A stretch of 64,000 nucleotides of DNA from positions 20,040,803 through 20,104,802 of the forward strand of contig OZ316895.1 in assembly GCA_973895155.1 (NCBI GenBank). Direction: 5' to 3'. A program made the translations under genes and the position numbers. A model generated the notes under the pieces. The model had not been told where the DNA came from and ran no database searches. It was given only the letters and a program-made list of their open reading frames with translations. Each line of letters starts with the position of its first letter. Position 1 is the first letter of the stretch. Source of the stretch: Marsupella aquatica. Its lineage: Eukaryota; Plantae; Marchantiophyta. Below are positions 1 through 13,899 of the stretch, piece by piece.

Positions 1-3000
1 AACTGCACCAGAGTATCGTCGTGGGCCCTTCGTAGCCTCGTACATCTCGTCCATATCCCACAACAAAGGTGCAACCACCTGATGACGAGGAGAACTGGTC
101 ACTAAGTTCTCGTCGAAATCACTGTCTGAAGCTGCACTGCTGACTGCTACCAATGCCGTTGGACGAAAATGCGCCCCATTTCGAGTGAACCAGTTCATCG
201 TCCATCGGGTAACCCAGCAACACCAGAAGAATCCGTGGTGACCAACCTAACCTAATCTATATGCTAACCCTAAGGGCAATCTATCTCTGTCAGCAACACA
301 AGCACTCAGCATGGTGTGTTGGGCATCACTCCAACATCACCAGGAGAGAAATACGTAGCACAACTAGAATGTCTGGTTGCAAACCATCACTCCTATAGAA
401 TCAAGCGCCCACGCCAAACTAACATGGCGCATAAACAGGAAGCACATGTGGAGAGGATCCAATCAACAAGAAGATCAATAGTGATCATACATCAATCAAA
501 CAATGTTCATAATGTTTAATGTGGGGCCTTCATAATAGGCCTCTCAATGTTCAATGTCGTAGCTAAGGATCCATGCACAATTGGTTCAATCCATGCATCT
601 AGATGGATTCAGAAGCATCAAAAACCTTTAGGAGCTTATGATTTGGCCCAAAATGGCAATCTAAACAAACTAGAATGTGTATAAAATGCCTAAATGCTCA
701 TTCTATTAACATCAAAGTGGAAATGAGTGTGTGTACACAAGAGCACTTAAGAACCACATAGTTGAGCGCATGGGGAAGGAATAGCTTTGGGATGGGTGAC
801 CTCTCACTTGTAGTTCTGCACCAAAATGGCCGCTTCAAAATCAGCAGCTTGCAACTACTCCTCACGTACCAGCGGCTTACTGGCCCGCCCGCTCCTACTC
901 CGCCCTCACGCCCCTCGTCCCGAGTTGCCTCGAAGCCTCGAAACATCGAGATGAGCCAAAGAGTGAGCCCGCAACGCTTCGATTTCACAACATTCAGAGT
1001 TTCCCCGAGAGTTCCGCCCCCTGTTTCCCTTCACAAAAGTTCGCGGCGGAGCAAAGTACAGTCCGTCTCCCGCATCGACGTACTGTCTTCGCAGATCTGC
1101 AACGAGCGTCGGTTTGGCAACATTCAAACTTTGCCTTCACAAAACGCATCAACATTCCTGGCGGGTGGATCCTTCCAGATCGGCGCACGACGGTCGCTTC
1201 GGATCAGTGCCAACAACGTACAGTCCGCACCGCCAAATCAGCAACATGTGACAGTCATTTCCTTCACAAAAATGTGGATGTCGCTTCTACTTGACAGCCG
1301 TCTCGATTACACTTAGCGCCGCGTCCCTTCGCGAAACCATTGGAGCCCGATTTGGCAACATGCAATAGTCGTTTCCTTCCAAGAAATGCAGGTTCAGTGT
1401 GCGGAGTGCATCGGTCTTCGGCAAGACTACAGATCCAGCAACATTTGCCGGATCGATCCCTTCACACATATGCGGGCGACAGCAGCACATTGTCCAATCG
1501 CAAATCAGCAGATCAAACATTCACCCCCCACAGAGCACCGCACTCAATCTAGTTGCAGCCAATTGGTACACAAACGATTAGAGCCACAGACAAGCTACAG
1601 ATCTGGCAAACCTCCAACTCCAGATCCGCTCAAGAATGAAACTCACACGATCTCAACTTGGATCCACATACCGGCGATCCAATCAAGCAATACAATGCAC
1701 GATCCGAGATACCACGAACCATCGTCGAACACAATCAAACTGAAAATCAAAGCTCTGTCCAACAACAACAGAGTCCGATGCCTGATCTTTCAATGTAATC
1801 TCAATACAATCGGCACAATGATCCCGGTCCACAATACCCCATCAATCCCGCACCGATCCGATCACACATGTATGTCAAGCCAACGCACCTTGCACTACTC
1901 AAGGAATCCACGTTACACAAGCGGAGCTCACAGCCACCATAGCCACACTCAAGCTTCACTCTCTCCAAGGCTCAACATTGAAAGATGACCTTTCAATGCC
2001 TCACAAGTGAGAAGTACCCTCTCACACAAACCTGACAGAACCTTATCGGCTCATATAGCACACATACCAAACATACGGATCTAGATAGTACGATACACTC
2101 TAACACTACCTAGAATGGTGTGACAGCCTCCCTGGGACAACATGTTACTTCTTCCACCTCACTACTCCAAATGTGATCACTACTCTGTGTGATTCACATA
2201 CTTCCCCGGGCCCTACTCCTACTGGGGGCTGCCACTAAACACTGAAAACACCCAAGCACTCCACACGGTGTGGCCACCACCACCCTAGCGGCACCGCTAC
2301 ATCTTGAAGCTTGCCTAACCTAAAACATGCGGGACACACTTGTGTTATCAACCTATCCTATCCTAAGGGAGATTGACGGTGCCCATTACCACTCCGCTAA
2401 ACAAGGACTCACTTGAGTCCACAATTTCCTACCTACTCCACTTATCTTATATAACTAACCAGTCCACCGGCCTCAATCCCCCTAACTGCCACCACCAGTC
2501 CGTTGTAAACCGAGGGAGCCCCAACAATTGTCAAAACTATTTTTTTTGTCAAAATCCACTTAGAGAAAATATCTGGATAGGCTTGGTCTATCTGATTGCA
2601 ATTCCAAAAATGGTTGTAAAACATACATCAAACGGCCGAGATATGATTGTCCAAGTTTGAAGTGCAATTGGGTCAGTGTCTCCCTCCGTTTTGTCTGTAG
2701 AACACACGACAACCCAACCATTCTTTGAAAAAGGGATCCCCACCTCTGGAAAAACTGAGATCTCCCTTCCCCTCTTATGTACTTCCTCTGTACTGCTCCA
2801 AAGTTACAGTTTTCTCACAAAAGCTTGACTCGTCATATCTCCTTCACATTAGCTCCGTTTTGGCTGTGTCACACCTTGGTGAATTGTCTCGAGCTGAATT
2901 CAACAAACCCTTAGAGAGATGTGAGGAGAGATGATTCCAAGTTGGTTGAAAAAACAATATTTGTATGAGCAAGTCTGTACACTCATCAAAAGCAAGCGAA

Positions 3001-3819
3001 AGGGAGAGAGTGGAAACCCCACAAGCGAGGAAAGAGGAAGGGCGAAAGTGTGGGAATCCCTTCCTCTTGGGGAAAGATGTGGGAGTCCCTTCCTTGATGT
3101 GAGGAAGGGGAAATGGGAAAAAATGTGGGGATCCCTTTCTCCTTGGTGTGAGTAAGAGGAAGGGGAAAAAAAATGTGCCCCCACAAAGTGTGAAAGTGGG
3201 AAATGGAACACAAATGTGGGAATGCCTTACTTCTTAGGCCATACCACAAACATTACTACTAGGCCGCCTAGTTTTGCACAGACACTCAAATTTCTTGGGA
3301 TAATACTGTTTGATGTAGACCTGAACTCAACCAGGAGACCTTGATTCTGCATGGGGCTTGTTGAGGGCCTCAAAATGGACCCAAACATGACCTGGGACAT
3401 GACCATGTTTGGAGTGACACTAGCGGAGAAAAGCTTGTTCTAAGTTCCAACATTTTCTATTTTTCAACCATTTTTCCCATTTTCTGTCTCATGGGACACC
3501 TCTGGCCAGACACCACCCAAGCCTTCAATTGCTTGGGACCCTCAGTGGCTCCAATGCCACCCTGGGTAGACCAAATTCCTCTCTCAACTCCATTTCCCAG
3601 TTGTGGTATCAACTTATTAGAGCTAACACAAAAAAACTCAAAAAAATCCAGTTACTTCCAACACATGCATTTGTCTTTCAGCTTTCATGTACACAATTAT
3701 AATTCAGTACTAAGTTACTACCAGGTTTTAGTAAAAGGTGACCCTGTCACACTTGGTCCCCTCTTTATATGACAGGGTTTTAATTATTTGGTATGGATTT
3801 GATCATGATATATGCCATA

Positions 3820-5582
3820 CACAATTATGTAACTCTACAAGAAAACTAAAAATACTTAAATTGCCATTTTTAGTGCAGTATGTTATGATGTTGGTTTGTA
3901 TTGCCTCTCTTTTTCAGCAATGGTTAATATGTTAACTCTTGTACAGTTGAACCAACTCATTCAACAGCCAAGAACATGGGATTGGGCAGATCACATCGCC
4001 CTAGAGCTAACCTAGCCCAAACCCAATCCAGCCCAAGATCAAACCCTCTCAAGCGTTGTTCTTCTTGTGGAGCTTCTCACCCTGGTTGCTGTATTTCTGT
4101 GGCTAAAACCAGTTGTTTCCACAGAAAAGTGTTATAGATGTTGTCATATTGGTTCCCCTGTTTTTCTCTAAGAAAACGTTTGGGTTTCTGTTGAATGTTG
4201 TCACAATGGACTGGCAGTGACGGATCCAGTTTTCAGCTGAGTTTTTGTTCAGTCTATATCATGAGAGGTCAGGAGAGAATAGCAAAGACATTGGTAATTG
4301 ATAAGCTCTACGAGAGCTTTGGATTGAGGTAGTGCTGTCATCCAAAAACTGCCAATGTATTGAACTACTTTTTTGAGTTGGGAAGACATTACTAATTTGG
4401 ATTAGATTTTGACGTGCAATTTTGAGTTACCACCTTTAGCTAAAACTTAGCAGAAATAAGGATTTGGGATCAGGGACAGCCAAAATAGGGATTAGATTGT
4501 AGTATGGGTAGACATAAGTATACTATTGTAGTCTTCATAGGGTGGAGATTACAAAATGGCAGAATGCCAATATTTTTCATGTATTCAATTTTGAATATTT
4601 GAACTGTTGTTTTTACTTGTGATCACTTGTGTTGGATTCCATCTTTGATTAAAATATATCTGCTGTGATGAATCAAGATACACTTTAAGTGATTAAAAAA
4701 CCAAAGCTTCATCAGGCCTTGAACATCCTTCAATTTCAGAATGTGATAAAGGAGGAAGGTCTGATTCAAGACTACTATGTCTATCAAGATGCTAGCTAAC
4801 ATTTGACAGGGTGGAAATTGAGTGTTGGAAGGCCAGCACTGCCCTCAGGGGCCTCAATCAAAGGGGTGTGGCATCATGCTTGAAGGTTTGGGGGACTAAA
4901 ACTTAAGTCAATGAAGGTTTTTTGAGAATTGTTTAACCCCTAACTTAATAGAATATTCCCAAATGATTCTTATAATTCTCAAAACTGCATTAAGACTCAA
5001 CAAAAATTTAAAAGTCTTTCACTAAACCCAATAAAAAAACACTATACTTATCTGTGCATGATGGGTTGGAAGAAAAGAAGTGAGGACCCCGGGGCACTGC
5101 CATTATCTGAAGTTCTCCTAGAGCTTATCAATGCCCAATGTCTCTACCATTCTCTCCTGACCTCTCACAATCTACAATGAGCCAAAACTCAATCCATCAG
5201 TCATAGTCCAATTTGACAACACTCGACTAAAAAAACAGGAGAAACAAATGTGACAACATTTGTAACGTTCCTTAGTTTGTAAAAACAATTGATTGTAGGT
5301 CGACCATAGAAATCTTATGGCCAGGATGGGAGGCTCAACAGGGACAAAAATAGGGGGTTTGATTCTGGGCTGAGTCTGGGCCAGGCTAATTTCAGAGCAA
5401 TGCAGTCCATCCTATTGCACGTTCTTGACAGTCAGATGAGTTGGGTTAACTGTACATGAGTAAACTCAACTAAGGATAAAAATGAGTGAGAACTTAGTAG
5501 ATAAATTGAAAAAGTTGGCAACATACTAATTCTGCACTAAAACATTGGCAATCTAGTAATTCTCTCTTACAGTCAAATAATT
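3820..5582. mobile_element. Degenerate non-autonomous long-TIR (foldback/Mutator-like) element
   Basis: About 3820-4330 is an imperfect inverted copy of about 5110-5582. Examples: GAGAGGTCAGGAGAGAATAGCAAAGACATTGG..TGATAAGCTCTA near 4263 versus its reverse complement near 5119-5168; TGTACAGTTGAACCAACTCAT near 3940 versus ATGAGTTGGGTTAACTGTACA near 5436. No ORF inside; ends are approximate. Confidence 0.55.
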
Positions 5583-8500
5583 GTGATTCTTGTCATGAAA
5601 CCATGAGTTTGCCAGGACATAAATCAGTTGAAAGAAGCCAAGCACTCTTAAGACTACAAGGTAGAGGCAAGGGCAGAGGCGGGTGTATCATTGACTGAGT
5701 GAATTACCCTCTAAGATATACCAACCGCAGCCAAGGAAGAAGGATGGTGTGGTTTAACTCTACCTAGTTTCAAACTGGGCGATGAAAAGCCAAAGGTGTG
5801 AAAACGGAGTGCCGGAACACAAACCAAAGTATCAAGCACAAACGAAGGGGAGAGGGCCACTCAGAGCAGGCAGCACAGGGGACTGGGACAGGCAACATAC
5901 AGGCCTTGAGAAAACTAGGGTGCACTAACTTGACACAGATTGAAAAATGCAGTAATTGTTTCGACCACCTATGTAAGTGGTCCCAAATCCTGGACAAAGT
6001 AAACATTCCACATCAGGCCCGTTGCTTATCATATACTGTAGATTTGGTACCCCACCTCCATGGGCCCCTCTGGTCCAGTCTAGATCTATCACAATGAATA
6101 ATTAAAAACAATGGGCCCCCAAGTATTGTAAAGCCACCCTAACCCTGACTAACTCAGAGGGCTACTGCAGTTTGGGCAGTCATGCAGCTGCAGTGTCTCT
6201 GACATCCGTAGGCATTAAATGCCAAAATTGTTGATTATACTCTGTGTGAAAACACATAACACCTACCACGGTTATGATCCCGATGCAACCCTGTAAAGTC
6301 CATGTGCACTTTATTTTTCTGTATCTTCCAATTCTGCCATTCTGGATTCAATTTCTATGGATACGGTAGTCTGGAGGTACAGTACTGTCATAAAGCAACT
6401 CCATACGGAGAATTCTGAGAATGATGCTGAAATGTATAGTAGAAATCCCCGAGATCAATCATATGGTTGGTAGAATTAGCTTTGGGATGGGAGCCTCTAG
6501 TACGTGTAGCAGAATGGGAATTGATTACAATATTGATGTTGCTGCTGCACCATTCGAAATTTGGAACTCTCCTGCCACCTGCCTTCCTGCCTCCTTTGAC
6601 TGACCAGGGCTGTCTTCTGGAGCCCATCATTATTTTGTTTGCTCAGTTTTGATCTGCTGCAGTCCGGTAGTCTCGCAAGCTAAAGCTGCCTCTCCGCTGA
6701 TGAGACTATCCTCCTCTGCAGAAAGAGATTGGAACTGGCACAAGAGTCATCCTTCAAATTGTTTTCGTTGCCAGCACTCTGCACGTGTTACTCTCGCCCG
6801 TCCTCTGATCTATCCGAAAATGGGCCCAATTTCATGTTGAATCGATAGTAATAGGCTGACCTTCCACCATCATTCTACATTGCCACTGCTCTGCACGTGC
6901 CCTTCCCTTCCAGCTTCCCCCGCCCCCCGCCCCCCCCCCCTCCCCTGCCAAAATGTGTGGACCACTTTTCCTGGGAAGATTGAAATTGTGTCATCTAGTT
7001 GGAAGCTAGCCTTTGGTGTGCTTCCCCAGTTCGAAAAGCTTCGGAAGACTCAAGACTCGTCCCCTAATTTATTTATGAATTAGTGGAATCTCTGATCGTC
7101 AATGCTCGAGCTTATTAAGTATGACCATAAAAGTTCCCAAAACAGTTTCCTAGATTTAATTCGAAGAGTCGTCGTGAGGCGAAGAACTCTGATCAACTGG
7201 TAGTCTTCGACAGGTCGCCGTAGCTGCGCTAGTGCTCACTAAGCTGCCAAATGAAAGATTCACATCCTCCAGACACATCCCCGGACACATCCCACGGGAT
7301 TGGTCCCAGTTTCGGCGTGTGATGCAGCTGCTCCAATAAACAGAACGGAATGGGTCTCACCTTTCAAGTTGTCTTGTAGCAGCAGTACTGTACCACGACA
7401 ACTTAGAAATCTACGCTGACAGCAGTACCCTCCACATGTTTTGCCTAACCATTACCGCATGGGGGGTAATGGGGAACGGTCTTCCTTCCGAATGATTGTG
7501 AAGCCCTCTCGGTCAGGCTCACTACAGGATCCAACCGTGCATCCTTGTAGGACACATGAGACGTCGAGCTCCATTGAGAACGTTTCTTCAACAACTTTAT
7601 TCGGAGACCAGTGCATTTACGTTGCCAATGAAACAACAATCTTGAAGTCTAGTCTCCCTGCTCCAGTGTACTCGAGGTTTTCTCTTTTTTTCTTTTCCTT
7701 TGAGTTGGGGACAATTGTACACGTTACATGCAAAAGGACATCCTGAAGGTGTACCCCTGACGACCGTTATGGTTTGCCCTCAAGAATTCCGGTGGGGGTG
7801 TGAGCCTGTGAGACATGAAAAAGAAGCGGGCGGAGGGACTGAAGCACCAGCATTGGTGATATTCAACCGGTGGTACATGAGTGGAGGTGCATTGGGGTGA
7901 TTTTGTTTCGTCTGGAACTGCTATCAATCAGTCCAGTATGGTTCCAGTTTTGACTTACTAGTCAAGACTGCTGCAGCTGTAATTTCGCTTCCGATTCCAA
8001 GTTCTGGGCGATGGTCACGACTCACGAGCACGAATGGGTCGTGACAATGTGTAAACTGATGGCATAGCAGCACGAAGGTGGTGCCAGTCAGTCAATCAAC
8101 CCTTCTTGTTGCGAGGTTTATTAATGAAGCAAATAATTTGATTATTTTTACAAGTCAATGAATGACTTTCTGTCAACATCAGGTGACATAATGGGTCTAT
8201 GGTGAGGCCAGTCCATAATTCTAGTTCATATTCTGGCAAAAACGACAAGTCTGAGTTATACGTGTGTTTGGTCTGGCAATCTGGCATGGTTGTTCTTTTC
8301 CCTTAAGGTGGGGGGGGGGAGCAGTCAGGAGGACTTTAAATGTTACATGTGTGTGCAAGCCTTAGTGATGACATAGTTTCACACTTCATTAATTTACATA
8401 TTTTACAAACAGTTTATGTAAATTTGCATAAGCTTTAGTCAGGTTTTAACAGATCTTGTACAGTTTAGAAATCTGATACACCTTTCGCGGATTGCCAAGT

Positions 8501-10284
8501 AATCCACCACAACACGTGCATTGCACTACTACTGTACCCCGAAATTTCTCGATGGGCAGGAAACTTTCAAAATCTCAACGGCTTCTCAGCTCTGAGCCTT
8601 CCTTTGTGTGAATTCTTGTTACTTTGGGACCTCATCAAAGGAACACCAAGGACTGAGGGCAAATTCTAGCCCAGATTTGCCAAACGGCCCTCGTCACAAC
8701 CATTCCCAGTCGCCCCAGGACTGCCACTTTGTCTGGCTAGATTCACCTCCTTTTGTGATCTATGGCTGACGAATGGTCCAGGGCCCACAACCTAGTTCCC
8801 TCCAAAACAGTAGTCTACTGTAGCTGTTTGAACGAGGGCATTTCGTAAAAGTTCTTGAGCAAATCCCTAAACTACTGTAGATATCTCGGTTTGCAAAGAG
8901 GCCCTTGAATCTAGGGCTAAACAAATTCCAGAAATAATTTTAAATCGCAAACCAATGGCAAGAACTTTATGCCATCATACGTAAATGCTGTCAGTATGCC
9001 AATGGAGTGAAAGCACTCGTTTTCATCCTCGATTTGGACGGACCACGATAGCCAACCCTTCCGGTCTCGCATTCCTTCACCTGTCACAAGAAGCGATTGG
9101 GCACTACTCTGGCATGTATAGTGCCTTTTCGTAACAACATAAATGCCTTCTGATACCACCACTTTGCAAAGATCAGGACTTCAAGCTCTGCGAAGAGCAA
9201 ACCTGCGTCTGACATCATGCCAGAACGCACCCAATTCGAGGCGATAAGCTGGGCAATGTGCTGCAAATCTCCAAAGAAGATCAAATACAAGGTGGCTAAT
9301 ACGACTTGTTTGATTAGTGTTCATATTTCATACTTTCATCGCAAAACGAGGCAGTCCTTGTTTAGGGAGGTACATGTATTTCCATCTGCACATTTTATTG
9401 TTCCCTCCTGCAACTGTTACGTCTTACGGGTACTTAGTACATAGAGTACAAAGTGTGTGGCTCAGATTTCGAACGGTCATGGTCATGGTAACTGAATCAA
9501 ATCATTTAGATTTGGCATGCTCCCGGAGGAAGGCAAGCTCAAGTTCGATCATGTCACAAGGATTCAATTTCGAATAACAAATTATATTTTAGAAAAAACA
9601 AGCTCGAGTTCAATGAAAGCTCCCAATTCCACGTCCAGCACCCGCCCTAAACCCTCCACCTCCCATGGTCAAGTAATTTTTACATTGCAGAGGATCCACG
9701 AAAGGTAGAGCGATTATATCCAGCCCGACAAATTGACTGGTTCGGGAGTAGCACGTACAAAACCCACAATTTATTGTCTTCTTGTATAGCAGCTACGAAC
9801 GACTCGGCGAAGTATAATTTATCGGCAACTAACAAAATTGCCGTAACACTTCTCCGGCCCTGAGCCACTTCTTTACCTAGACAGAGACGCCTAATCGACT
9901 ATCTATCTACAACTTTACGGTGATTTCTTCCAACGAAATGCTGGCCTTCATCCACCCTTTAACCAAAAAGAGCTGGGGTGGAGGCACCACTCTCTCCAGT
10001 ATTTGCCTCTTACACCAGTTTCTCAATCAGAAACTACTTTATAGATTACATGGCTGGAGAACTTCCTGTTCTCAACTCAGGCATCCAGGCCGACCTTTGG
10101 ACGCAGTAAACTCCTAAACCAACCTACACTACTACCACATAGTTTACAGGGCTGGAGATGGTTTTCCTCACAGAGAAAACATCTCCTGCACAAGACTGAC
10201 AAACTAATTTACAACACCAGAGAGTATCTCTGACCGTCCTTTCCTTCAAATCTCCCCTTTTAGCGTGCGCAAAGACTGATGTCG

Positions 10285-12233
10285 TCATCCACGGTGACAA
10301 TCTTGACTAAGAACCTTCAACGCCACCTGATTGCTACTCGTGTCCAGGACCAAGTCGCAAGCAATGTTGCTTCTGTATAGCGGCCGAACAATCTTCCATA
10401 TCACATACGCCTCCGACTGCACCCGTACGTGTAACTGTAGTGGTAGTCCGTCCCCCGAGCTGAAGGTGCTCAAGAGATTTGGCCCGGCTCCATAAACGGG
10501 CGTCCTCGTCGCATGCACATCAACAGATCTGGTCCCCGTGCTCCTTTTCTTCTGAAAAAATTTCGGAGACTGCATTGCCAAACAAAACAGAATGCCAATC
10601 AGGCTCTCGAAATCAAGATTTCCAGGTCAGTACAATGCGACCTGATGAGACAGAGAAAATGACAAAGGTGTATGGCCCAGTCTAGAAGGAAGTCTTGCCT
10701 GTCCTGCGGCAACAACGATCTGCTGGTATAACAGCGTCACGTCCGGGGCAGAGACGTGGAACCCGAAGTACTTGGACGGGTTGGCAAAAGTGAGAGTTGT
10801 CGTGAGATTTGCGGTCAGCACCTGAGTGGGCACTCCAGTGGGATCATTCCCTTCATCAATTGAAATCGTCTGGAAATTGATGCTCTGCACAGGTCACAAA
10901 TGTAATCGATAAGCTCCAAAAGATCAATTGCGCCAAAAATGTGGCAAATGGGGTAGTCCTCGAGAAAACGGCCCCCTTTTCATCGATGATGTGATGTCAC
11001 AAAATGCTGACTAAAAGCTCCAACCTGGGTGACCTGTACTACCCGCGCAGAGAAGCGTTGACAATAAGCTTGAGGTGAAGGACACTTTTCACTTTGCTTT
11101 CAAAACCCTCATTGTCGTTTCGGATTGAGTTCGGATTGAGTTGTGATTACGGACCGAATTCCGGAACACCTCTTGCAGAAATGGATTGTCGACAAAAAGC
11201 CAGACCAACGTTACAACCGAACGACCACTGTGGCCCAGGAACTCACTAAGAGACGACCATATAAATGGCCTTAGTAAAGACACAGGACAAGATTTTCCAG
11301 AGACAACACACACAACTAGATATTAGACAAGAAACCGATGAGAAAGGATAGCAGAAACTCATTCGCGCTAAGTCAACCACTTACGACGCAACAGAGAGAG
11401 GCATTTTCCAACCAGGGAAATGATGTAAACCAATAAGATTGACTAATGAGTTCCATGCGGAAGGGGGGCCGACAAAAAAGTTGTAGAAACATTCAAGTAA
11501 ATAAATCGAACGTGAGAGTGGTCGGAGGTGTCACCTTGACTTGAATTTTCGGTGGAGAAGGGCGAACCACGAGCCAGTAGACAAACCCAATAATGACGAT
11601 GCAAAGAATGGCGAAGAAGATCGACAGCAACAGAGCACACCACCTCGAAATGCCCCTTCTTCCAGTGCTCCCATATGGACGGCTCTCTTCCTCCTCCTGA
11701 ATAGTCCCACCATTCCAAGGCTGGTATCCCTTCTTGTGAGGAATTGTGGCGGCTGTGGGAGCAACGGCAGCAGCCACATTGTTGGCATTGCTGGGCTGTG
11801 GAATCACTCTGCGTGAACCAAATGGCCTGGGGTTCGCGTAGAAAGCCTGCTGCTGCTGCTGCTGATGCTGATGTTGATACTGATGCTGATGTTGATACTG
11901 GTGCTGGTGTGGTTTGGAAGCGAAGGTCTTGTGGAGAGGAGAAGCCAATGGGCTAGCAGGGGGGGTAGACTTTGCAGCGAAAGATTGAGACAAAGAGTCA
12001 CCTTCATTGAAACTGAAGGAGTCTCGAGAAGGAGACTGAACGTAGTATGTCGGCCGAACAGCACGATCACCATGTCCAGCATTAGAGCCCTGAGCTGCGC
12101 CGCCAACCTGGTAGCTTACCAACTGAGTGCTCACCAGCTGAGACGCCCTGGGAGATAGGGGAGGAGTGGTGTAAACACTGGTCTCGGAATCAAAAGAGTG
12201 CCCCATCCTCCCATATCTGGCCGGCCGCGACAT
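10285..12233 (-). CDS. Companion of cellulose synthase (CC1/CC2-like) LEA_2-domain type II membrane protein, about 389 aa; exons 12233-11535, 10884-10699, 10569-10285
   Basis: CC-family motifs DSETS, RPTYYVQSPSRDS and W..IQEEE, a TM helix (CALLLSIFFAILCIVIIGFVYWLVV), then LEA_2 motifs PKIQVKSINF..GNDPTGVPT..FGFHV..KFFQ..PVYGAG. Exons join in phase 0 via AAG|GT..CAG and CAG|GC..CAG. Confidence 0.88.
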
Positions 12234-13099
12234 GACTTCTGCCTTTCAGTGAATCCCGTCTACTGCAGTGGCTACAAAGGCTTAGGCTTTCCCCAGCAGC
12301 CACCAAATCTGGATAAAATCTCTGCGTATCCCGACCTTGAAGTTTAAAACGGCAACCAATCTCGGGTTACCGTTACTGATGTATTGCAATCTTAGCACCG
12401 CCCTGAGAATCCCGAACAATATTTGAGGACCCAACGACCCAAAAATGTGAATGCCAAGCGCTAAGACCACAAAAGCTTAACCATCGCGTGCCTTTTGACA
12501 GCCTTTCTTTCCCCTCGAAGACAAGGAAGACAACCCATACAAACAGATGAGATAATGACACTGAAAGTGTCCCAAAGTTGTTCACCGTTTCTCAACTCCC
12601 AACTCTTCTCCGCCGCCGCTACTCACGTGTTACACTCTCCACTGTTGTCAACATTGCAGCATTCCCCCTCCCAGCAGAACAACGGAAAAGTCGTCCCTCG
12701 AGTTCTCAACCGCACCTGTATTGCAAACAGCCAGTCGGGTGGGTAAAGCGAGGCAACTCAGGGGCTCGAAAAGCATTCAGCACAGAAGTCATGTTCGCTC
12801 AATCTTTGGCTGCTTTGTCGGCTTATCGCCACTCTACAGCAAAACGAAGTGTTCAAAAGGTTGGTCGTTCCTCCTTCAAAAAACAGTTGAGAGCAATCTA
12901 ATGCTCACTCGCTCGCAAGGGGACACTTACCCAAAAACTACAGGGTACGCACAGCATACCGGAGCAACACTCCTCCACTGGACCCCCGGGAAAACAAACA
13001 AACCAACTCCGAAGGCAGCTGAGCTTGACAGGCTCCTAAAACCTCTTTGTGCTTCACGGTACACCCTTCTCTCTATCTATCTGGCTCTCTTTCTCTCTC

Positions 13100-13480
13100 G
13101 AAAAGTGGTCAGACCAAGTCACTGAGCTCACAGCGCTCTCTATATCTAACGCTCTCGCGAGAATGCAGACAAACCGACCATTTACACAGCTCACAATCCA
13201 CTGAGCGGAGAGAGCATTCACTGAGCTCACCTAATCAATTCTGAGAAAGCAGACACCAATCGGTGAGAACAGAACTCGCTCACCAAATCAATTCCCTCTC
13301 TTCTAGATCATTCAGTCTTCCTCTAGCTCTCGCTCGGAACGGACAGACCCAATCACTGAGCTGAACTCACTCAATCAGACCGAAATGCAGACCGACCCAA
13401 TCACTGAACTGAACTCACTCAGTCAGCCAGAAATGCAGGCAGACCCAACCACAGAACTGAGCTCACTCAATCACACCGAA
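13100..13480. repeat. Degenerate tandem array of about 50-bp units upstream of the CC-like gene
   Basis: Recurrent CAGACC(C)AATCACTGAGCTGAACTCACTCAATC-like units; three clear copies at about 13342-13480 and looser copies from 13100. Confidence 0.6.
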
Positions 13481-13752
13481 ACGCTGGAAAGGAGCAGTCC
13501 AGGCAGATCACAAAGCTGCTGCGCAGGGGAAACAAAAGTTCGGCATTGATAGATTTCCCGGCGAGGATACGTATTTAGTGAAGAGCAGAGGCATGCCCAG
13601 TTGCCCACAGCTTTCATGAAAGCCCTTGGGTACTATTTGTACTGCCACAACACAGGAGAGGGATTCGTACTCCGCAGGGAGGGGACTGGAGAAAGGGGAG
13701 AAAAAGGGGCAGGCTTCCCGCCCAACAACCACCCCTATATAGCCCCCCCCCC

Positions 13753-13899
13753 AGGGAAGTTGAGTTTTTATTGTTCTTCCAAAGTGAACGTTGTTGGAGA
13801 AGATGGAGCCCACAAAGGGAAGTTGCGCTTTTATTATTTCTCGAAAGTGAACGTTGTTGGAGACCATGGAGCCCACAGGGAGCCCACAGGGAGCCCACG
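13753..13899. repeat. About 63-bp tandem duplication followed by GGGAGCCCACA repeats
   Basis: GGGAAGTTG..TTTATT..AAAGTGAACGTTGTTGGAGA..ATGGAGCCCACA occurs twice, followed by further copies of the 11-bp unit. Confidence 0.7.

Noticed and set aside
1-3700. ORFs 762-1316 and 1386-1988 and AAATGTGGGA repeats near 3040-3225
   Set aside because: No recognisable domain or termini; probably decayed repeat DNA that I cannot classify.
5700-6900. Coding-like fragments on the - strand
   Set aside because: Multiple stops and no identifiable motif.
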